Assembly (NCBI GenBank): GCA_964016885.1
Contig: OZ024747.1
Span: 23,126,001-23,190,000, forward strand
Reading direction: 5' to 3'
Length of the DNA stretch: 64,000 nt
From: Eledone cirrhosa
Lineage: Eukaryota
Shown here: piece after piece, positions 53,746 through 64,000 of the stretch
Layout of the letters: each line of letters starts with the position of its first letter
Position numbering within the stretch: the first letter of the stretch is position 1
Notes under the pieces: generated by a model
Database searches by the model: none
Told to the model about the DNA's origin: nothing
What the model saw: the letters and a program-made list of their open reading frames with translations, nothing else
Program-made: the position numbers and the translations under genes

Positions 53746-53917
53746 ATACAAAGTAAAAACCTACTACAGTCAGTAGGCATCTCTATCAAAACACACCCCC
53801 GTCCCACCACCTCCACCCCATCCACACCGCCCCTTTCAATGTAAAGTTATGTTGGTCCCACAACATCCAGGCCGAAACAAATGAGATCGTGTAGGTGTCA
53901 CGACAAAAAAAAAACAC

Positions 53918-54702
53918 ACAGTCCACGCTGTAAATGTGGCCGTGTAGGCAACACGGTAAAAACCTCTCAGCCCCACACTGTAAATGTGGTTGGTGTTAGG
54001 AAGGGCATCCAGCTGTAGAAAACCCGCCAGACAGTCCACGCTGTAATGTGGCCGTGTAGGCAACACGGTAAAAACCTCCCAGCCCCACACTGTAAATGTG
54101 GTTGGTGTTAGGAAGGGCATCCAGCTGTAGAAAACCCGCCAGACAGTCCACGCTGTAATGTGGCCGAGTAGGCAACACGGTAAAAACCTCCCAGCCCCAC
54201 ACTGTAAATGTGGTTGGTGTTAGGAAGGGCATCCAGCTGTAGAAAATCCGCCAGACAGTCCACGCTGTAATGTGGCCGTGTAGGCAACACGGTAAAAACC
54301 TCCCAGCCCCACACTGTAAATGTGGTTGGTGTTAGGAAGGGCATCCAGCTGTAGAAAACCCGCCAGACAGTCCACGCTGTAATGTGGCCGTGTAGGCAAC
54401 ACGGTAAAAACCTCCCAGCCCCACACTGTAAATGTGGTTGGTGTTAGGAAGGGCATCCAGCTGTAGAAAATCCGCCAGACAGTCCACGCTGTAATGTGGC
54501 CGTGTAGGCAACACGGTAAAAACCTCCCAGCCCCACACTGTAAATGTGGTTGGTGTTAGGAAGGGCATCCAGCTGTAGAAAACCCGCCAGACAGTCCACG
54601 CTGTAATGTGGCCGTGTAGGCAACACGGTAAAAACCTCCCAGCCCCACACTGTAAATGTGGTTGGTGTTAGGAAGGGCATCCAACTGTAGAAAATCCGCC
54701 AG
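53918..54702 (+). repeat. 112-bp tandem repeat, 7 units, inside the LINE 3' UTR
   Basis: Unit starts at 53918, 54031, 54143, 54255, 54367, 54479 and 54591. Confidence 0.95.
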
Positions 54703-54812
54703 ACAGTCCTATGCGAGCAAGACAATCACTCTTGCTTCAAGTGGGAAAACCCCCGTCCAAACCCATGCAAGCGTGGAACACGGACGCTAAACCTGATGAT
54801 GATGATGATGAT

Positions 54813-54824
54813 GTATATATATCT

Positions 54825-54864
<40 letters not shown>

Positions 54865-54919
54865 CTATATATGTATATATATATATGTATGTATATATAT
54901 CTATATATATATGTGTATG

Positions 54920-54950
<31 letters not shown>

Positions 54951-55045
54951 GTATATGTATGTATATATATGTATATGTATGTATATATATATATATATAT
55001 ATGTATGTATATATGTATGTATATATATGTATATGTATGTATATG

Positions 55046-55088
<43 letters not shown>

Positions 55089-55151
55089 ATATATGTATAT
55101 GTATGTATATATATGTATATGTATGTATATATATATATATGTATATGTATG

Positions 55152-55182
<31 letters not shown>

Positions 55183-56075
55183 ATATATGTATATGTATGT
55201 ATATATATATATATGTATATGTATGTATATATATATATATGTATATGTATGTGTATATATATATATATGTATATGTATGTATATATATATATATGTATAT
55301 GTATGTATATATATATGTATATGTATGTATATGTATGTATATGTATGTATATGTATGTATATATATATATATATATATGTATATGTATGTATATGTATGT
55401 GTATATGTATGTATATATATATATGTATGTATATATATATATGTATGTATATGTATATGTATGTATATGTATATGTATATATATGTATATGTATGTATAT
55501 GTATATATATGTATATGTATGTATATGTATATGTATGTATATATATATATATGTATATGTATGTATATATATATATGTATATATATATGTATATGTATGT
55601 ATATGTATGTATATATATGTATATATATGTATATATATATATGTATATATATGTATATGTATGTATATATATATGTATATGTATGTATATATATATATGT
55701 ATATGTATGTATATATATATATGTATATGTATGTATATGTATATGTATGTATATATATATATATGTATATGTATGTATATGTATGTATATATATATATGT
55801 ATATATATGTATATGTATGTATATGTATGTATATATATGTATATATATGTATGTATATGTATGTATATATATGTATATATATATATGTATATATATATAT
55901 ATGTATGTATATATATATGTATATATATATATATGTATGTATATATATATGTATATGTATGTATATATATATGTATATGTATGTATATGTATATGTATGT
56001 ATATGTATGTATATATATATGTATATATATATATATGTATATATATGTTTATTCATTTATATATATATATATATA
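54813..56075. repeat. (TA)n/(TATG)n array
   Basis: Read directly from the sequence. Confidence 0.95.
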
Positions 56076-56181
56076 CAAGCAAATTATAAACGTAAACATC
56101 TAAGTATGTTTTTGAAACGGTGCGCGAGTTTGAAATTAGAAATTAGAAATTATAAGCTTTTACCGTATTTTAGACTAAAAG

Positions 56182-56240
<59 letters not shown>

Positions 56241-56242
<2 letters not shown>

Positions 56243-57335
56243 CGAGGTAGTTTCAGATGTTCAAGTCCTTTAATAATAATGCTGTGATATATATTTCAAT
56301 GGCGACACTGGCCACACTGTTCTGTGTGCGAGTGTCGTGACATCGTCAGACAGCTTGTTACATAATAAGGTTATGTTTCCGAGGCAATCCAAATTGAATC
56401 GAGATGGGAACGGATGAAATGCGTGCTTTTGGGTTTCTCACCCGTTCCCCTGTGAGTACCAATTCACCCCCACCGGTCTGCGCGTGCGCATGTCCGAAGG
56501 AAGTTGACCATTAGATACCGCAGATTTCAACGAAATTCGCTTAGTCAGATCACCCTCTCAGTCACACAATGGCCCGTACCATAGTTTACTGCTATCCATC
56601 TCGACTGTGGTAGTCAGTCGAAAGCCAGAGGGGATGGGAGAGTGTTAGTTTTTACAGGTCATAATACCACCTCTCACCTAGCGTGGACAGTACGACTGAC
56701 CATCAACTCAAAGGGAAAATAAACTTAATTCTAGATATCATGGTTTTACATTGTAAGTTAAGAGTGAGAGTTGGAAATAAACATTAAGGTCCTAAATCAA
56801 GTATCAGAAATTATAAATTAAACAATTAAAAAGTTAACAATTGGAAATTAAAAGTTAGAAATTTTTTTCCCAAGTGAGAATTCGGATTGAGGTGAGTAAA
56901 AAAATATAGATTGAAGTGAGTAAATAAAATGGAGAGTGATGTTTAAGTAAGAAGTTCTTAGAGGGGTTCTAGTGTCACAGTTACTCTATCCACATATTGA
57001 ACGACGCTGCCATACACCAGAACGGAGGGTAATCTACAGCATTCAAGGCATTAGTCAATCTGGTACACAGTTATAATTTCCATCATATGGAACAATACCC
57101 AAAAAAAACAGACATAGAAGAAAAAATGTAACAAGCTGTCTGATGATGTCACGACACTCGCACACAGAACAGTGTGGCCAGTGTCGCCATTGAAATATAT
57201 ATCACAGCATTATTATTAAAGGACTTGAACATCTGAAACTACTTCGCTTTTCCTTATTTGATATTTACTCCATCACTCCTATGTGGAAAAAGTACGTTGA
57301 GTGCTTGAATTGAATTGCATCAATGTTTACCCTAA
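56241..57335 (+). mobile_element. ~1.1-kb non-coding element with 123-bp inverted repeats carrying a hammerhead-like fold (Penelope-like, non-autonomous)
   Basis: 56241-56363 is the reverse complement of 57126-57248 (2 mismatches); the right repeat continues ~85 nt further; (TA)n on both sides. Confidence 0.7.
57135..57208 (+). ncRNA. Putative type I minimal hammerhead ribozyme
   Basis: GCTGT-CTGATGA-[stem II with CGACACT/AGTGTCG and CACAC/GTGTG]-GAAA-TATAT-ATC-ACAGC; palindromic stem III; base of stem II irregular. Mirror copy on the minus strand at ~56281-56354 has core CTGACGA. Confidence 0.6.
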
Positions 57336-57422
57336 TATATATATATATGTATATATATACATATATATATATGTATATATATATATAATATTAGATCAAA
57401 AGATGGTTAAAAGAGTTCCAAG

Positions 57423-57493
57423 TATTTTATTATGCGCATTTCAAAAACAAATATCATCATGGGATGATATCTGCGTTTTCATCGGATAAAATA
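57423..57493 (-). ncRNA. Putative type I minimal hammerhead ribozyme with one core substitution
   Basis: Minus strand TATTTTAT-CCGATGA-[15-bp stem II, one mismatch]-GAAA-TGCGCA-TA-ATAAAATA; 8-bp stem I; palindromic ATGCGCAT stem III. Confidence 0.7.
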
Positions 57494-57696
57494 GGGATAC
57501 ATGATATGAAGCTTAAAAAACACTTGTGAATAGTGAAGTTTTAAATCAACATATGAAAAATAATTTAAGATTGATGTGTGATATTGTGAAAAAGTGAGGT
57601 GGGGTTGGAAAAGGTAAGGAAGAGGAGGAGATGAGAGTAAAGAACGGTGGGGGAGGAGTATAAGAAGGAATATATATATATATATATATATATATA

Positions 57697-58306
57697 TGGT
57701 GGCTGCCAACTCGTTTTCGAGTACGGCCACTACTTTATATCCATGTAGGAGAACCCCTACCGATGCGCTGAACGAATGTGACTTTTTAGTCCAGCCAGCG
57801 ACTTGAAAACTCTGGTACAAAGACTACACTGTGACCATTATTGACACATAGTGCAGGGCCCATGGTACCATGTGATGACAAGTGCAGAGAGATCTCCAGA
57901 TATAAAGCAATGCCTGTGCTATGAAGCTTTTATAGTGAGCAAAGGCACTGCACAAAGCCAGTCCCACTCTCTTAACCAAGATGATATTTACCAAAAAGAA
58001 GAACAAGTCAACATCATTGGATACCATCAGGGTTGCAGGTGTTATATCAGAGTTTTCCTTCTCCTAGAATTCTGCCTTGACAAAGGCTAAGGGGTCATCT
58101 CTCCCGGTGATTTTGGATGGCTATTGAGTCTTAAGAGCTCCCTTGCCCTTTGACAGGTTTTGTTTTTAGTCCTGCAGGATGTCCAAAGTCACCCTCCTCA
58201 CCAAGAAACCTTGGTGGGGTTGCCAGTTTAGTCGCCAACGACCCGACCATGAGACAGGTTGTACTGGGATACATGTTACCAGTAGCACCAACTGGTGACC
58301 TGACAT
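57697..58306 (-). mobile_element. Non-autonomous ~600-bp retroelement, copy 2 (about 15 nt longer at the 5' end)
   Basis: Reverse complement of 46860-47452 with few substitutions; (TA)n on both sides. Confidence 0.8.
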
Positions 58307-58376
58307 AATATATACATATATACATATATGTATATACACATATATGTAAACATACATATATATATATATATACATG

Positions 58377-58409
<33 letters not shown>

Positions 58410-58532
58410 ATATATACATACATATATATATATACATATATATATACATATATGTATATGTATACGTATATGTATATATATCTATGTATATATATATACA
58501 TATATGTATATATATCTGTATATGTATATATG

Positions 58533-58565
<33 letters not shown>

Positions 58566-58573
58566 GTATATGT

Positions 58574-58619
<46 letters not shown>

Positions 58620-58703
58620 GTATATATATATATATGTATATATATGTATATATATATGTATATGTATATATATGTATATATATATATATGTATATATACG
58701 TAA

Positions 58704-58735
<32 letters not shown>

Positions 58736-58814
58736 GTATATATATATATATATATGTATATATAAATATGTATATATATGTATATGTATATATATATGTA
58801 TATATATATATACG

Positions 58815-58852
<38 letters not shown>

Positions 58853-58878
58853 TATGTATATATATGTATATATATGTA

Positions 58879-58914
<36 letters not shown>

Positions 58915-58978
58915 AATATATGTATATATATGTAAATATATATATATGTATATATATGTATATGTATATATTTATATG

Positions 58979-59025
<47 letters not shown>

Positions 59026-59055
59026 TTATATACATATATATACATATATATATAC

Positions 59056-59144
<89 letters not shown>

Positions 59145-59239
59145 CATATATATATATACATATACATATATATATATATACATATATATATACATATATA
59201 TATATATACATATATATATATACATATATATATATATAC

Positions 59240-59282
<43 letters not shown>

Positions 59283-59399
59283 CATATATATATATACATA
59301 TATATATATACATATATATATATACATATATATATACATATATATATATATACATATATATATATACATATATATATATACACATATATATATATATAC

Positions 59400-59478
<79 letters not shown>

Positions 59479-59507
59479 CATATATATATACATATATACA
59501 TATATAC

Positions 59508-59543
<36 letters not shown>

Positions 59544-59604
59544 GTATATATATATGTATATATATATATAAATATATGTATATATATATGTTTGTGTGTG
59601 TTTG

Positions 59605-59637
<33 letters not shown>

Positions 59638-59644
59638 TTGTGTT

Positions 59645-59675
<31 letters not shown>
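58307..59675. repeat. (TA)n array with alternating C-interrupted and G-interrupted segments
   Basis: Read directly from the sequence. Confidence 0.95.
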
Positions 59676-59680
<5 letters not shown>

Positions 59681-60199
59681 CATCCTTATCAAGCCCTCTT
59701 TGGATTTTAGTCTTCACATTTATTATTATTACTATTATTATTATTATTTATTATTATTACTATATATATATATTATGTGTGTATATGTATATATGTATGC
59801 AGGTATATACCATAGAGGTGTATATGAAAGCATATACAATTCAACCTCTGCTCTTTGGACTGTCACCCCCTTGCCCCTCTGTAGCTGTTTATTCCCTGCA
59901 AAACAAATGGGATGGCATCAGTGCAACATGACCTCAAAAAGGTTACTGCACCAGCTTGACCAGAACTGCCTGGCATGTTTTCACTCGTCCCCCCAACACC
60001 ACAGCATTGCCTGGCTCAAATCAGAGAAACTGGTGCATGTGATTTTACAGACAACATGGCCCTCCAACTGTATAATAATATCTGTTTCAATACATGATTT
60101 CACATTAAGGATCTCTTAAAATACATACAAAAACAAAATATCATCATCAATACTGTGAAACATGTATTTTCAATTCTTGTATGGGTTATATATATAAAG

Positions 60200-60261
<62 letters not shown>

Positions 60262-60511
60262 CATTCATTTAAATTATTGACGTATTGTTTTATTGATATT
60301 TTTTATCTGTTTGTCCCGAATCTTCCTCTATCGATTTTAAATCGTATGGTTGATTGTAGACTTGTTCTATATGTGACGGTATTTTAACGATAGTTATAGC
60401 TCTGATTCATCTGAATTATTGAGCCCTCTGCCGCTCATGTCGAATTTCGTTTATCGTGAACTTGTGCGCCGATTTTTCGATACTCGATCTTTCTAATATA
60501 TATATATATAT

Positions 60512-60615
60512 ATAGGAACCAGTAAGACCCCGACGGCTGAGCTCAAGCCGTTTCGATGGCTAATTAGCCGTCGAAACGGCTTGAGCTCAGCCGTCGGGGT
60601 CTTACTGGTTCCTAT
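60512..60615. repeat. 104-bp near-perfect palindrome (52-bp arms, no spacer, one G.T mismatch)
   Basis: Centre GGCTAA|TTAGCC at 60563/60564; checked base by base. Confidence 0.95.
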
Positions 60616-60691
60616 TACCCACTCTACTACCTCAAGTATTGAGTACTTTGGTGCGTTATGGTCCACCTGGTTCCTTACCACATTTCCTTCG

Positions 60692-61345
<654 letters not shown>

Positions 61346-61454
61346 ATATTATTGTTATTAAACTCAGAATATAAAGAGCCACAACAAATGACATTTTATC
61401 TGATGCTCTGCAGATCTGTGAAACTTGTGTCAACATAGAAGAATAAATATTGAT

Positions 61455-62082
61455 TCCTAATTTGACTCAAGGCCAGTAAATTTAAGGGAAGAGAAAAATC
61501 AACCTCAGTACTGGACTAGTACTTTATTTTATCAACCGCAGTACTTGTTTGGTACTTATTTTATGACCCTCAGTACTTTGCTGGTACTTTATTTTATCAT
61601 CCCCAGTACTTGTTTGATACTTCATTTTATCACCCCGGTACTTGGCTGGTACGTTATTTTATGATCCCAGTGCTTGGCTGGTACTTTATTTTATCATCCC
61701 CAGTACTTGTTTGATACTTCATTTTATGACCCCCAGTGCTTGGCTGGTACTTTATTTTATCATCCCCAGTACTTGTTTGATACTTCATTTTATCAGTCAC
61801 AGTACTTGACTGGTACTTTATTTTATCTACTCCAATACTTGGCTGGTACTTTGTTTTATGACCCCAGTACTTGGCTGGTACTTTATTTTATCAACCTCAA
61901 TACTTGGCTGGTACTTTATTTTATCAACCCCAGCAGTACTTTGCTGGTACTTCATTTATCAATCACAGAAAAAGGAAAGGTAATATTGTCCTTGGCACGA
62001 TTTGAACTCAGAATGCAAAGAACCACAACAAATACCGCAATGGCATTTTATCCAATGTTCAATCAAATCTGCCAACCCACCA
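61455..62082 (-). mobile_element. Older SINE D copy with an internal ~33-bp tandem amplification (~14 units, 61501-61960)
   Basis: Head at 61990-62082 (GATTTGAACTC...CTGCCAACCCACC); repeated unit CCCCAGTACTTGGCTGGTACTTTATTTTATCA; SINE 3' end at 61455-61500. Confidence 0.8.
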
Positions 62083-62162
62083 TACTTTAGCATAAAACAA
62101 TGATGATTCTGTTGGTGCAGTTGTTTTTGCAGCTGAATGTTCCTTCTACTGCTAACCCTTAA

Positions 62163-62390
62163 CCCATTAGCTTTTACATTACTCTATATTTACTATTGTA
62201 TTTTGTGGTAAAGGTGTTACCTCACATATACTATTGTATTTTCACAGTAGAGGCTTTACCTCACATAATTATCTCATTTTATTTTGAGAACAATACCTTA
62301 ATATCAGTATGAGTGGCCAGTTACAGGCGGTTTGAACAGAAAGAGGTGAGAGAATTCTGGCTGGATATGGCCAGTTTAAATGCTAAAGGG
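62163..62390. mobile_element. piggyBac-type MITE family A
   Basis: TTAA|CCCATTAGC ... TAAATGCTAAAGGG|TTAA. Confidence 0.85.
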
Positions 62391-64000
62391 TTAAATGGGG
62401 AGAGCAACATGTTTCCCATCAGGCAACTTGAGATAAACTGAGATAAGTATCTTAACTAGTTATAAAACACAATGGCTGCTATAAGATCTGAACTAGATAT
62501 CATATAATCTATATAGTCCAGCATATCATACCTCATGTCTGATTTCATAAGTAGAGCTTGGCTTTAATAATTTATTCTTTGTTTTTTTACAATTCTTACA
62601 TTTTAAATAATTTCATCTCAGGCAGCCTGAATTTTACTATATATTATTATGGTAGGAAACATTTGTCATTTGTTTCTTAAAATTCTAGCTTAATATACCA
62701 AGAAATATAAAGATCAGCACTATTTTACTACCTTTTAAATCAGCCATTTTTAAGACATGATGTACACTTGACAGGGCAGTATTTGAATATCATTTGCAGC
62801 AATTCAAATATGTTTATAAATTTTACTAGCTATTGTAAATTTAAAGTGGTATTATTAATTAATTCATTTTCTTTTTAGTCTTTTGGTAAATTTCTAAATT
62901 TTATTTTATATAATTTTAACACCAAGCATGCTTTCATATTAAGGTGTGGTGGGGCATGGAGCTAAAAAAGGTTAAGGAATCACTGTTCAAAATGCTTGAT
63001 TATTTTGCACATTCATTGAAATACTCACAGAAATATGGTTGTCACTATATTAAGAAGGGCATCTAGCTTTAGAAACCAAGCCAAAATGGAACATATGACC
63101 TGGGTTGTCTAGTCTCAGAATGTGCAAAACTGTCCAACTCAAGCCAACTTGGAAAATAGACATTAAATGGTGGTTGTGGAGATGGTGGGGATGATGATGA
63201 TGGTGGTAGTGGTGATGATGATGGTAGTGGTGATGGTTTCTTATGGTCAAACGGTGCATTTTGGGGAAGTAGGGTTTTTTTTGTTTTTGTTGTTATTTAG
63301 TTTTTACTTTCATTACCATATGAATATAATTATGCCAGTCTTTTATACAGAGGCTTCCTTTTTGCTATGTTTTCTGAATGCATAGATCATTTTATATTAG
63401 AATAAAGGCTAGAAAGCTATTGGATTGTTAGCTAATGAAAGAGCTTTGAAGAAGTAAATTAGATTAATTTCAGAATGTCTTCTAGAGTTACAAAGTATAA
63501 ATAATTCTCTCCCTCTCTCTCTCTCTCTCTTATCATATTTCTGGTGCTGCTGCTGTTTGTATTGATTCACACAGATGAATGGCAAATTTTAGTTTTTTCT
63601 ATCAGCAATTTAGCAGACTGGGGGCTTATATTTCACACAGTTTGTGTGAAAAAAAAGAAGCCATATGTTTTTATAATATAAATCTAACTTGAGGAAGGCA
63701 GTGGGTGCAAGTTTAGTGCCACTGACACTACAAGTGCATATTTATTTGGTGTTCTACAGAATTCTATAGCCCCTTTTTCAATTGATGACTTCTCCATTTT
63801 AGTCAAGAATATCATCATTTGAGAATAGTTATAGACAGGCTGTTGAAGGATTTGGAGGTTTAACTTCTCACACTTTTATGTTTATTTTCTCATTGCTGGT
63901 ATAGTCTTCAAATTTAGGTAATTTTATATATTGTTATAGTCAGTTCTGATATCATATATTTATATGTATGTATGTTTGTGTATATATATATATATGTATG

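Larger units (their letters stand above)
51283..54812 (+). mobile_element. 5'-truncated RTE-clade LINE (end of AP endonuclease, reverse transcriptase, 3' UTR with internal tandem array, (GAT)n tail)
   Basis: ITYRSG..SQVDYIL and SQHRL endonuclease motifs; RT motifs NYRGIKL, FVDLEKAFD, GVHQGSVLSP, YADD, FRYLG; frameshift near 51600; stop at 53745; tail CCCATGCAAGCGTGGAACACGGACGCTAAACC(TGA)n; (TA)-rich tracts on both sides. Confidence 0.95.

Noticed and set aside
46860-58306. Giant composite DNA transposon with 600-bp TIRs
   Set aside because: No transposase, unequal outer ends, and each arm has a LINE-type 3' end facing inward.
63575-63680. Possible Sulf exon 11 after ttcacacag
   Set aside because: The phase-1 translation shows no Sulf similarity and no convincing donor site.

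Overview
Eukaryotic, AT-rich, repeat-dense animal DNA. The SINE, RTE and microsatellite repertoire suggests an octopod cephalopod (inference). The only host gene I can support is a + strand extracellular endosulfatase (Sulf1/2 family): ten GT-AG coding exons from 21371 to 42452 join in frame into 554 codons, with a signal peptide, the PNIILILTDDQD motif, the CCPSR formylglycine motif and the start of the basic hydrophilic domain. The gene continues past the window through an intron of at least 21 kb. The rest is intron or upstream sequence filled with several RTE-clade LINE families, four tRNA-derived SINE families, TTAA-flanked piggyBac-type MITEs, one hAT MITE, one non-autonomous Helitron, minisatellites (18, 21, 33, 51 and 112 bp units) and (TA)n-based arrays up to 3 kb. 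The most interesting unexplained structure is a set of short non-coding elements sitting inside (TA)n tracts. They carry type I minimal hammerhead-ribozyme folds with palindromic stem III and inverted or fold-back ends, consistent with Penelope-like or retrozyme-like elements. Nearly all long ORFs in the supplied track are repeat artefacts.
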